Of a DNA stretch of 64,000 nucleotides, positions 26,462 through 37,990 are shown in pieces. The translations under genes and the position numbers were made by a program. Numbering within the stretch: the first letter of the stretch is position 1; the number at the start of each line of letters is the position of its first letter. Origin of the DNA: Anolis carolinensis (lineage: Eukaryota). Under the pieces are notes generated by a model. That model did no database searches, had not been told where the DNA came from, and saw only the letters and a program-made list of their open reading frames with translations. The stretch spans positions 127,426,897 to 127,490,896 of the forward strand of contig NC_085845.1 of assembly GCF_035594765.1 (NCBI RefSeq). Reading direction: 5' to 3'.

Positions 26462-27350
26462 TAGGGCTGCACAAAATTATTGTTAGTTCTTGTAAGTCAG
26501 ATCAAATTTGTTAAATTTTTACTTATGATGTGATATTCGACACATGGGTGTGGCCTGTGCCAAAAACTTAAGAATCAAAACTTACCCAATATTTTTTCAT
26601 TGGAATTTTGTAAGACTCAGAAGCCACCCAAAGTCAGTCTCATTTTCAGTGCAAGCAAGCAAAGCAAAGCCAAAAAGGCTGCCATTCCTCTTTAAATTAA
26701 TGACCTCTTGCCATTGGAAGAGGGAAGCAGCAGGGAGAGGGCAGAGTTCACTAGGAAAGAGACTGACAAAGCACAGAATTCTGGGAAATGTAGTTTGGGA
26801 AGGCAAGGAGCCCTATGCCAAATAACTCCAAAGGCCCTGCCCTAAACTACATTTCCTAGAATTCTGCTCAGCATCAGAAAGAGATCAGGAGATTTTTTTT
26901 CTCCTTAGCATTAGCCATTGCCAGCCAGAGTTCCAATATATTGCTGAATATGCAAAGAAGAGGACTGACCGATACTTCTAGTAAGTACATTTCTGTGCTG
27001 GGCTTGGAAGAAATCCCTAAATTGAAGTTCTTTTGGTTAATAAGAAATACATTCAATGAGATAGCTGTTGTGGCTTTTAAAAATGTTTTGTCAAAATCTT
27101 AGAAAAATCCCTAAAATCAGTATATGTATGAATATTTCTGAAAGTTGGGAGAAATGATCCCCTATTGTCTTGTGTCATTGTATAGAAAATTCAAGAAGAT
27201 AGCTCTTAAGGTTTTTAAAATGTTATTTATAATTTTTTTGGAAATTCCCCAAAAACCTATGGATAAGTGAAACATTCTGCAACTTGATGGGCCTGCCAGA
27301 ATCTGACTTTTCATCAACTGCCCAAGACTGTGGAATTACTGCCAAAAGAA
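26462..27350. mobile_element. Non-autonomous DNA-transposon-like repeat (TAGGGCTG start); related sequence at about 7300-7460, 8315-8390 and 8640-8830
   Basis: Shares the internal hairpin agaattctgg..gtagttt..aaactacatt..cagaattct and AT-rich blocks with the 7-9 kb region. Confidence 0.5.
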
Positions 27351-27550
27351 GTCCAAAAGCTAGATCCGCTGTCAGAATTATGGCTCATCTCTTCCAGCAA
27401 GCCTACCTTGTCAGTTTTGAATTGATAATTTTAATCTGCATTTTATCAGTGGTTTTAATATATATATTAACTCTGTGTATTTTGTTTTATGTTTTTTAAT
27501 AGTGGTTTATTTTTTTTTAATGATGTTGTATCCCACCTTGAGTTGTAGGG

Positions 27551-27560
<10 letters not shown>

Positions 27561-27618
<58 letters not shown>
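27561..27618. repeat. (ATT)n microsatellite
   Basis: Seen directly. Confidence 0.95.
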
Positions 27619-28360
27619 TCTATTGTTGTATTATAGTGACATAAGCCAGACTTACTACATTGCAACTGACTTGTTTGATTGATGCAGAGGCTGGAACTCA
27701 CTACTCACTATGCAACAACCTGAATCCCAACAAAGTCCACCTTTTAGCAGCTACATCCCTGGGTACCTGGTCATTTATGGTCAGTGGAGAGCAAAGAAAA
27801 CAGGAAAAACAGCAAAGAGCATCCAAGTATTTTGCTTTAGCAGGACCCAAAGCAATGACATATTCTGCAGGGAATTCCAGGGAACCCCCGGAGGCTCCTG
27901 CACATGTTTGATACTGTGTATTCACTCCAACTACAGGAAAATAGCTGGGTGCTTTCCTCTTGCTCTTTATTGATCAAGCAAAAAGCTCAGTTCAGGAAGA
28001 TGCTGCTGTGAAAATGGGGGTTGGCTGACATTGAATTTGACACTACTGTAGCTGTATCTGTTAGCAACATCTCCTGACTCGGGATTTCAGTCAATATGTG
28101 TAACTAGTTGCTTCCCACCTCTGGGACAGAGGTGCTTGCAGTGAGGTTTGAAAAGTATATCTGCAAACACAAAGTAAATATACACCTTGTTGTCTTTTTT
28201 AGTACTAGCTGAATTCTGTGGTGGTATTTCAGCCTTGTAGAATAAAGGGAAACAGGTGCAAAATCTATAAACCTAGCAAATGATGGTTCATAGAGTATGT
28301 AGTCTTCCAGGGAAGCACAGAAGACCAGATTGGGCCCTTGAAATGTCTGTTTGCCCCTCA

Positions 28361-28499
28361 GGGCCCCTCCACACAGCCATATAACCCAAAATATCAAGGC
28401 AGATAATCAACAATATCTGCTTTGAAGTGGATTATCTGAGTCCTCGTGGCCATATAATCCAGTTCAATGTGGATTTTATACAGCTGTGTGGAAGGGGCC
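28361..28499. mobile_element. PIF/Harbinger-type MITE
   Basis: TIR GGCCCC(T)TCCACACAGC and 3-bp TCA flanks. Confidence 0.75.
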
Positions 28500-28605
28500 T
28501 CAGTCTGTGCTTTCCCCTACCTGCTTCCAGCACATTTTCTATTGACATTATGGTATTTCTTATGTGTCTGTACATTGTTTCTGAATTATGCAATCCTAAC
28601 ACGCC

Positions 28606-28869
28606 CAGGAATATAGCCAGAAACCCTTTTCGGGAGTGGGGGCTGAAACTTTTTTTTAGCGAATCATGAAGAGTAGTTCCATAACGCAAAATAATGTAGA
28701 AATCAAACTCCATCGAGAAACTTCAGTAGATACTCAAGACAGATAAATTTCAGTGGACACTCATGGGGATTTTGTTAATCAGTTAAAATTAATAGGTAAA
28801 CCATTTTTTTAACCTGAAATCATTTTGGAAGGTTGAACCCCCCCCCCCCCACCCTCGGCTACAGCCCTG
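28606..28869. mobile_element. Non-autonomous hAT (family of 9497-9774)
   Basis: Shared internal ttaaccagttaaaattaat block. Decayed TSD AACACGCC / AATACACC. Confidence 0.75.
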
Positions 28870-28879
28870 AATACACCCT

Positions 28880-29050
28880 TCATAGTGCAGTGGGTTTTTG
28901 TTTTGTTTTTTGCCAAGATTCGTTCAGAGGAAGTTTACCAAAGCCTTCCTCTAAGGCTGAGAAGCATGGGTTGTCCAATGTGAGCCAATGGGTCTCCATG
29001 ACTGAGTGAAGATCTGAACCCTGATCTCCCAGAGTTCTAGCCCAACAATC
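28880..29050 (-). mobile_element. Old tRNA-SINE with RTE/BovB-type tail
   Basis: Homologous to 36045-36240, 49180-49390, 54975-55160 and 62365-62550. Confidence 0.55.
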
Positions 29051-30846
29051 CTTCAAAAATGTCATTTTCCACATTTCTTTAAAGGAGCATTAAAAGCACA
29101 AACAAGTCACTCCATTGGAAGCCATTAAAGAAACTAAAGAGAAAAGCTCTTTAGAAAAAATGTAATTATATAGATAAGAAATATCTTGAACTATGGTATA
29201 AGTGATGGTATTATTTTGTTACATAGTGAGAAAATCTTTATAACTTGATTGATAGCTACTTAAAGAAGTGAAGAATATCATTACTGCAACTTCCAACTTT
29301 ATTTGATATACCCACAACAGCATACTTCAGCTACTTTCTAACTTTCTTATGCATGCAGTTCAGAAAACAAAGGAACAGACCGACAGCTTAAAATTCAAGA
29401 ACTCAAATGCTTCCTCTGGATACTGACAACAAGCAATTAAGGAGCCCTGCAACCTTCAATTTGCTGGCAATCATACGCATCTCAAGAGAATAAAGCAAGC
29501 AGAAGTCTAGGCAGTAAACTTCTTAGAGATGCAGATCACATAATTTTTTATTTGTTTTTATCACCTTAACTAAAAAAAAAATCATCACCCTTTCATCCAG
29601 TAATAAATAAGCAAACAGATATATACAAGAGATTACGCAATTATTTGTCTCCATTGTACATAATTAAATGTTGATATCAGATCCCTTAGAGAAGTAATTG
29701 ACAAATCCTGCCCATGGGTATATGATGTTTTTCAACATCACTGTTGGCCAAACTGTTCTACTCTAAATCATAGTCTCGTCCATTATTGACATGTTGGCAC
29801 CATGGGAATGGCTTAGCAAGCCTTACAATTAGATGTTGAATGATAGCTGTGCCACACCAGAGCCTAGCTAATATTATATGAAAACAAGAAAACCTATGGT
29901 TTAGTCACAACATAGATTTTGAACTTTAGTGAAAACAATAGATTTTGAACTTTAGTGAAAACAATAGTGCTATCAGAAGTTTGGGTGCACTAACTGATAT
30001 CAGATCCAGGACACCGGAGTTTGTCAATCCTTCAGGATGGGATTGTAAGGGACAAGGAAACAGAGACTCCCTGAAGTGGGAGACAAAATGATACTTAGTT
30101 GCCGGAGATAATAGTTGACATTATCCACCTGTGAAGAGAAATGCAGACCTGGTTTAGAAAATAATAATTAGCAGAGAAACAACTTTTTTAGTATGAAAAA
30201 GTTTTCCATGTTCACTCAGGCTCCAAATTGCCAAGAAATTGTAGATATTTTGGACTATCCGCCTAATAAAACTATAATTTAGGAAATGAGCTATATTATG
30301 TTAAGTGTACAAATTTCTCTATCTATTTTGGTCATTAATGAAAAGATTCACATTCATATTGCATGTCATTTCACCTCCTGTCTCATAGATGTACACATGG
30401 AGTTTCATGAATCTGAATGTGGCCCAAATATTGCATGCACAGTTCATTACTATATTCCCTTATATTTGCAATGGAGTCACATGCTTCTGTGTATGGATTC
30501 ATAGATTGCATATGTTTCATTCCATTTAGTCAATGAATTCAGTTGCTTTGATGCACTGAATGCATGACAATAAATACAATTCATGCTGTGGGTGTGAAGT
30601 AAAAAAGAATACTCAGCATTTTGAAATGGCAGCAGAGTGATCATTCTATAACCAGATGTTGAAGGGTGTTCATACACTTGATTTGTACATTTATACAAAA
30701 CTCTTTTTACAAATTGTAGCTGCAAAAAGAGTAGAACTGCAATCTGTAGAACAGGAAAAAAAGATCATTTTGTGATTTGATGTGAAATCCTATTGCACCT
30801 CTAAATGTGTGGTATCCTGGGACCACACCTTATACTAGAACTCTAG

Positions 30847-30847
<1 letters not shown>

Positions 30848-30887
<40 letters not shown>
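30848..30887. repeat. (CAAT)n microsatellite
   Basis: Seen directly. Confidence 0.95.
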
Positions 30888-30888
<1 letters not shown>

Positions 30889-30911
30889 CCTTGCTGACAA
30901 ATGGAAGTATT

Positions 30912-31352
30912 AATTTATTTATTTACAGTATTTATATTCCGCCCTTCTCACCCCGAAGGGGACTCAGGGCGGATCACAATGTATATATACATGGAAAACA
31001 TTCAATGCCATTAGACATATGATACACGCAGACAAAGACACAAAGGCCATTTAACATTTTTCAGCTTCTGGCTTCATGAGGGTATGCTCAATTCCGGCCA
31101 CAGGGGGAACTGCCGCTTCATCATCCACTGTAACACCGAGTCCTTGATGGAGTAATTCCTCATTCTTCTGCACGCACGCTGCTGGACATTTTTATGGTGA
31201 CGTAAATTAGTTAAATTAGCCTCCCCGCATATGCGGTCTCTAAATTTTCCTACTTGACAGATGCAACTGTCTTTTGGGTTGCTTAGGTAAATAACGAGCT
31301 AGACTATGTAATGGTTGGGCACTCAATCTGACCCGAGCTTCCAACTCATGAC
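30912..31352 (-). mobile_element. Anolis SINE2-like element, long form
   Basis: Same head and tail as 23046-23277 plus an internal segment of about 200 bp shared with 46283-46750. Confidence 0.85.
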
Positions 31353-31671
31353 TTCTCAGTCAGTAGTGATTTATTGCAGCTGGCTACTAACCAGCTGCGC
31401 CTCAGCCCGGCCACAAATTAGTAGGATCTCACTTGTAAAGTTAGTTCAGTTTTTTCTTAGTGATTATGTAACACATAAATTGGTCTTCATTTGGCTGCAA
31501 AAAAAGGGAGAGCTAGATAAAACTGCCACAGATTGTCATAGAAACTCAATAGTATTAATTTGATTTTCTTGTTAGAAATTTACTTATAACTTGTAATGTT
31601 TTATTCTTTATACAAGCTTGGAAATTAATTTGGTTACTGTCTTTTGTGCTTTTCCACGAAAATAAGACACT

Positions 31672-32819
31672 TGTCAGAGACAGAACGCCAGCAAGTAAAA
31701 CAAAACTCAGTTTATTGAGGTTACAGAACAAAAAATGCCCGTAGGAGACAAAGAACAGGGCAAACACTTGACTTCAGTGTGATAAGTAACAAAAAACAGC
31801 TCAGTTTGAGCTTAAACGGTTCAAAGGGATAAACCGGGTTAAACAGAAGTATAATCCGGATTAAATAAAAGTGCTTACTTCAGCCTGGCAAACAATGCAA
31901 ACAAAAGAGGATCAACAGGAGACAAAATGTAAACAACAGACTGGTGGCAGATTCCTCTCTGCTACTCAGAAACAGCAGGGGAATAAACCAGGCTTGTTTA
32001 TTCCTTCCTGCAGCGAGCGAAAAGAGTGGTCGTAGTCAGGATCCAGTTTAGGGTTCAGCGGCCAACGATATCCAGGTCCAGGCACAGCAGTCAGGGTAAC
32101 GGCAGTCAGCAGGGTCCCAATCCGGTCCAGAGGTCTACAGCCAAGCGAAGTCGTCAAGAAATCCAAAGGTCTCACCGATAGCCAGCAGAAGGGATAATCC
32201 GGAATCGAAGTCAGTCAGTCCAGCGTCAATTCAGTGCGAGTAGGTATTGCCCGTCAAAAAGACGACGGAGGTCAAGGTATCCAGTAACGAATCACACCCG
32301 TCTTCAGGAAGTTCCCCAACAAAAGCCCAAGCGTCCGTCCAGATTACCTTGCCCAACGCAATTAGACATTGGTCCCAAACCCCATTTTATCCCAGTTCAA
32401 GCTCATCATCGCTGTCAGCTGCCATCCCAATTCCAGGTGCCCCAACATCATCATCCTCATCAGAGCTTAAGCACCTTTGACTACGCCCCACAGCATCCCC
32501 AGCTGTGGATCCTGCTCCATCCCTCCAGCCAGTCCATGGGTCTGATCCTGCAACCCGCCAATCACCTCCCATGCTTTCATTGCCTGTTTCCCCAACACCC
32601 AAATCCTCCCTCACACGAGTCCATTCCATGTCATCCTCCTCCAAGCTGGCCATCTCTTCCTCCAAACCCTGAGAAAAACCCTCAAATGAGTCCTCATCTG
32701 TCGGGTCTGTAAACAAATCCCGGAGCCGTTTCCTTTCACGCTCCTCGAAAGAGTCTGACTCTCGAGGAGTCTTATGACCCCTTCTTCTATTACCGGAGCC
32801 CGAAGGCTCAATCATAACA
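31672..32819 (-). mobile_element. Solo LTR of an LTR retrotransposon (Gypsy/BEL-like)
   Basis: TG...CA termini, perfect 5-bp TSD ACACT, and a minus-strand AATAAA about 40 bp from the 3' end. The 3' terminus resembles 56900-56946. Confidence 0.9.
32387..32815 (-). CDS. LTR-encoded basic/acidic protein, 142 aa, function unknown
   Basis: Intact ORF starting 4 nt inside the LTR. Protein-level homology to 55601-56029. Confidence 0.6.
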   Translation of the reverse strand: MIEPSGSGNRRRGHKTPRESDSFEERERKRLRDLFTDPTDEDSFEGFSQGLEEEMASLEEDDMEWTRVREDLGVGETGNESMGGDWRVAGSDPWTGWRDGAGSTAGDAVGRSQRCLSSDEDDDVGAPGIGMAADSDDELELG

Positions 32820-33507
32820 ACACTGCTATATTTATTTTCCCTCCAGAAGACACACTATGGCTTATTTTCAGGGGATGTCTTATTTTTATTACATATGGTA
32901 CAACAATCTACATTATTCAAATATAGTTATCTTCTTCTGGAACATCGTCATAACTCTCCAAACCTGGAATTCCATCCTGAATTTCTTGCGACCCCATTTC
33001 CTTTAGAACCATTGGCCCCAATCTTTCATGTTGAGCAATAGAGCTCTCATTAAATGACAACAACAACACTGTCAGTGATTTTATTACTTGTTGATGGTCA
33101 CCTCCAAGATAGCAGCTGTCATGAGGGGCAGATGAGAAAGGCTGCTTGTCTTCTTTACTGCTCCGTGCCAGTACTCTGCATAGCCATGCCTATCACTGTG
33201 TCTTATTTTCAGGGTATGGCTTATATTGCGCAAATGCTTAGAAATCCTACTACGGTTTATTTTATGGCTATGTTTTATTTTGGGGAAAACAGGGTAGTCT
33301 ATATATTTTATAACTCTTTGTCATGGCCTTTAGTTAGCAGAATAAACATATTGATTGAATGATTGAATTTAAGTCTTAGATCTAGCATGTACATGGTCCA
33401 ACACATATCTACCACAAAGAATACACACCAAATTTATCATTCCATATCGCAAATTCTTAACTGAAAACCTGAACATAGTAAGCTTAAGGCGCTATCCCAT
33501 CTGATTA

Positions 33508-33578
33508 TCTCAAGAACTTTTTCCGATAAAAACCAATCAGTGCCACTGATTGGTTTTTATCGGAAAAAGTTCTTGAGA
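33508..33578. repeat. Perfect 71-bp palindrome (35-bp arms, 1-nt spacer)
   Basis: tctcaagaactttttccgataaaaaccaatcagtg-c-cactgattggtttttatcggaaaaagttcttgaga. Confidence 0.97.
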
Positions 33579-34661
33579 AAAAGTTCTATGCTCTCTCTCA
33601 GTTTGCTACATATCCAGACAATGTTTTAGAACAGTGGTCATACAATACAGGAGATAGTAACTCCAACTTCCTCCTATGCTCCATTGGGGTGTCATGTGAT
33701 TTCAGCTTCACTAAAACTGAGGGTTCAGGGCATGGAGTACCAAGCTTCCAAAGGACCACATAAGAAGCAGAAGGGTTGAAGGCAAAATCAGACGTATTTA
33801 TTTCTTTTGGCCAAAGAGGATGTCAGTGAAGTCTGTGCTCCCAAAGACTGACATCACTCAATGTAAACATGCAGAAATATTTACAGCACCTTAACAGCAG
33901 TTTGAAACAGAGGACTTCTGAGTGTCAATTGGTCCATTTCATGGCAAGCTAGGATCTACAGGCCCGCTGACTGAGATGTATTATCTACTGTTGTTGCTGA
34001 TTGCTCCCTGAGTTTGGAGGGAACTTTAGTAAACAGTCATTGGTTTATTTGAAGGCTTACGTTTGTTTATTGATCCACTCAGGAGAAGTGTGAGAGTGGA
34101 AAGAAATAAGGGGTGGCAAAACATAATGGGTTGAAATGGGTTTTGATGTTCTTGCTATGTGTCGGTATAATGGGTGTCAGTCAGGTAGACAAAAAAGTGT
34201 TAGGGTATTTGCATATACAATGGAGACTTCACAGAAGGTGGTCTGACCCAACACTATAAATGAGGAAACTTCCCAAGATAAAATCAGATAATATTATGAC
34301 AACCCTATGTGTTTCCTGTGACTTTTCCAGAGTATTGTAAATGTTAAATATCTGGCTATCCTGAGGTCCAATGTGTGGAGAAAGGTTAGGCAACATTCCA
34401 GGGAAAAGCTGGTTGAAGGTTAGCTTAGAATTAAGGAAGAGGTCAGTGTGCTCACTGTTTGTCCCAGTGGGGCTGCACTATTTTGGGGGTCCAATTTTAG
34501 ATAGAAGTGGCACAACATGGCATCCCAAAACTGTTGCCCATGCACAATGGCAAGGTATTAAGTATACACTACTGCATTTGAGTCTCATATCTGTAATTTT
34601 GCTTGTTTTCACAGAACATTGAGTAATCTTATCTGTAGAATGCCTAGAAACAACTGAGGTT

Positions 34662-34850
34662 GTATCTCCACTGTAGCATTAATGCAATTTGACACCGCTT
34701 TAACTGCCCGAGGTTTAATCCTATGGTATCCTGGGATTTATATTTTGATGAGACAGCGGGCTAAAGATCTCATAAAACTAGAACTCCCATGATTCCATAG
34801 CATTGAGCCATAGTAGTGATGTCAAACTGCATTAATTCTACAATGTAGAT
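34662..34850. mobile_element. Palindromic MITE (same family as 9262-9455)
   Basis: gtagcattaatgcaatttgacacc ... gatgtcaaactgcattaattctac form an inverted pair. Confidence 0.7.
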
Positions 34851-36044
34851 CCCCCCATGGAAAGAGGTTGTTCCTAAATATCCTTTGTCTTACTTGGAAT
34901 ATACAGAATTCCCAAGACTTAATGCAATGCCTAAATTGATCATGAACCTAGTTAAAAAACAAGTTAATTGCTTTTAGTGTGCTAATGCAGACAAATGATG
35001 CATTCTGGCATAAAGCAGTACTACCATAAAGTATTACCGCTATAAATTCTGCCATAATGCAGTGCTGCTGGAGGCAAACAATCCCTACAGTCTTTTCCTT
35101 ATTTTCATTTCTGCTCATTCCTCCCCCAAATTAGACTTCTGTGCTAGGCCTGAGCTAATTTATAGGTGCCGTAGAACTGACTGCTTTCAGAACTTTTATC
35201 ATTCTCCCTTTTGTTGTCTAAAGCACTGATTCACTCCAAGAAACCCACAATTCAAAGTGCTAAGTAGAAGAGCAGCATAGCACATAGACCCTTGAAACTT
35301 TCCCGTGCAGTGAGCAAAATATCTCTGGAAACCTTGAGAAACCATATTCTCAACACATAAGTAGTTCAGCAAACAATATATCTTGTGTAGTTTTATCTGC
35401 TCTCTTTAATTAAGGGGGTTGTTAAAAGCTCCTCTCTGTACTTGACATTTATGTGGAATTTTGCTGGGTTGAAGCTTCTGTCTCAAGAGCATGATAATTA
35501 ATTAGGGATAACTTTGAAGGACCAATCCTTAGATTTAGGAGTGAAAGTGGAAATGTTTCATAATACTTTTGTGCTATTTTGGGCTTTGTTTGTTTGCTAG
35601 TTTGGTTATGTGTGGCATTTGTTTATCACTTTTCACCTCATCAAACCCCCTGGGGCAAAGCAAACATTTCTGTTCTGTTTTTGAAAATATTTTAATTGCA
35701 TAAGCTTTGTTGAGTTCAAAATTTGTGAAAAAGCAGAATAACAACAGCAACAACAACATTTGAGGCAGGGATACACAACAAACTCACTTTTATAAAGCAT
35801 CCTATAAAGAGAAATGAGGAGAAATGAATGATAATTGAGTCATTCCTTATAAGAATTTAGCAGCACCCATCTATTTAATCATATCCACAATTCACAAAAG
35901 CTGAGAATTAAAAATTCAAATGTGGCAGGAACTGAAAGCAAGAGATTTTTTTGTTGAGAACTAGGAAATACATTCAGAACTTGTTAAAAGTTTGGAGTAA
36001 ATCTCTTTGAATTTAATTGCATTAGTGTTGAATTGTGAAAGCTA

Positions 36045-36240
36045 CTATGGTATAGTGATGTGAGTTTCGAACTAGGAATCCAGGGTTGAAATTCCTGCTC
36101 AACTATGACCCACTAGGTGAACTTGTACAGCTCACACTCTCTTAATCTAATAGGAAGACAATGGCAAACTTCCTCCAAAGAAATCTGGCCAAGAAAACCC
36201 AATGATAAGGTTGCCATAAGTCACAGTCAACTTTTAGACA
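36045..36240 (+). mobile_element. Old tRNA-SINE with RTE/BovB-type tail
   Basis: gggttgaaattcc B-box-like motif and a gccaagaaaaccc..ttgccataagtc tail. Confidence 0.6.
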
Positions 36241-36994
36241 TGAAACATTTGAGTTGTTATCTTTTTGTGTGTGGAAGACACTCCTCTTTTTTAGCAACTA
36301 TAAGGTCGACTCCATGCTGGGAATAGAGGTATCTATTGAATTTGGCCAGTCGTAATGGGAGAGAATTTAGCTTCCATTTGTTTTTTAAAGAATCTATTAC
36401 ATTTTGTACATTTCTTCATATTTAGAGCCAGGACATGAGGTCTTTAAAATGCCACAAGAAAAAAAATCAGATTTCTCCAGCACCAGAAATAAAACTGTAT
36501 CAGCACACATAACACCTTTGTCCTAATCAAAACCTCTATTTTTCACCTGTCCTCCAAAGAAAGTGTTATGAGGGGAAAAGGTATGATTGAATTTCAAGTG
36601 AACTCCTTTGTTTAAACATGGGCAATTTTAGTTTTATTTCTGAAAGCATATTTCACTTTAAAACTAAAATTATCCTTGTTCAAAGTATTGACCCAGATCT
36701 TGTCTTTTTAGCACAGTGGTGATCCTAAAGAAAGATATTCTTAATACTAGGCAGGTAGCAACACTGGAAGCAGCAGCAATGCGGATTTTACAAATTAATC
36801 AAAGACAATTTTAATTCCTGCATTTCTTTATTAAATTTCTTATAGCAAGATTATCTGGCTACCAAAGCACAATTTGAAAACCAGAGAGAATTAAAGCATT
36901 CCTTCCAGACAAAGTGAAAACAATGACAACATCCACAAGCCTGATGAAATAATACAGGTTTGCTGCTTATAGAAAATTTACTAAGGAATGACTT

Positions 36995-37135
36995 GGGCCC
37001 CTTCCACACAGCTGAATAAAATCCCACATTTTCTGCTTTGAAGTGGAATATATGGCAGTGTGGATTGAGATAACCCAGTTCAAAGCAGATATTGTGGGAT
37101 TTTGTGCCTTGACATTCTGAGTTATATGGCTGTGT
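36995..37135. mobile_element. PIF/Harbinger-type MITE, right TIR truncated
   Basis: Reverse-oriented homologue of 28361-28499. Confidence 0.7.
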
Positions 37136-37139
37136 TCTC

Positions 37140-37240
37140 GGTGGCACCCGGGCCTCCCGGTGCAGCCCGGTGGCGCACGGGCCTCCCGGTGCCGCCCGGA
37201 CCTCCCGGTGCCCGGTGGTGCCCAAACCTCCCAGTGCCCA
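37140..37240. repeat. GC/CpG-rich degenerate minisatellite (cctcccggtgc core)
   Basis: Four copies of the core seen directly. Confidence 0.75.
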
Positions 37241-37284
37241 ATGTCTGTGCCCTTGTTCAGAAAATTTCCCTCACTTTCTGTCCC

Positions 37285-37317
<33 letters not shown>
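37285..37317. repeat. (GAT)n microsatellite followed by a minus-strand L2/SINE tail
   Basis: Seen directly. It explains the poly-D and poly-M ORFs. Confidence 0.9.
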
Positions 37318-37435
37318 AATTATTTATTTATATTCTTTTCTATCTCCCCGAGGGGACTCAGGGTGGATTCCAGCATACACAAACACAAAGGCAAACATTC
37401 AATGCTAGAAACAACCATAACACAGATAACATAGA

Positions 37436-37762
37436 TAAGGGTAAAGGCATCGCCTTCTGTCTCTGAGGGGTGGTGCTCATCTCCTGCTCTGTGGGTTGGT
37501 GCTCATCTCAATTTCTAAGCTGAAGGGCCAGCGTTGTCCATAGAAGCCTCCAAGGTCATGTGGCCAGCATGACTGCATGGAGCACCATTACCTTCCCACC
37601 AGAGCAGTACCTATTGGTCTACTCACATTTGCATGTTTTTGAACTGCTAGGTTGGCAAAAGCTTTGGCTAACAACGGGAGCTCATCCCATCCCATAGATT
37701 CAAACCGCCAATCTTCCAGTCAGCACATCTGGCAGCTCAGTGGTTTAACCCATCACAGCCCC
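37436..37762 (-). mobile_element. Sauria SINE
   Basis: Reverse-complement homologue of 6468-6792. Confidence 0.88.
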
Positions 37763-37854
37763 TTTTCCTGAAATATAGAAGCGCATTTGTGTTAACAATT
37801 TATTTCCCTGAGAATTAAAATAGCCACATACACAGGCAAAGTAGTTGCATTGCA

Positions 37855-37990
37855 TACAGGTTGAGCATCCCTTATCTGGAATTCCAAAATACTCCCAAAT
37901 CATCCAAATGGATGGCTAAGATTGTGACATCTCTGCTTTCTGATGGTTCAATGTACACATACTTTGGTTGTGCACACAGTTATTGAAAAA
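37855..37990. mobile_element. Tigger/MER2-like DNA transposon left end
   Basis: TA-CAGGTTGAGCATCCCTTATC terminus. Confidence 0.55.

Larger units (their letters stand above)
31637..33296. mobile_element. Tc2/pogo-like non-autonomous DNA transposon split by the solo LTR
   Basis: Left end ttttccacgaaaataagacac and right end tgttttattttggggaaaacagggta are inverted. Internal gtcttattttcaggg repeats. Confidence 0.6.

Noticed and set aside
33508-33578. pre-miRNA
   Set aside because: A perfect stem with a 1-nt loop and flanking duplications fits a repair scar better. No known mature miRNA was recognised.
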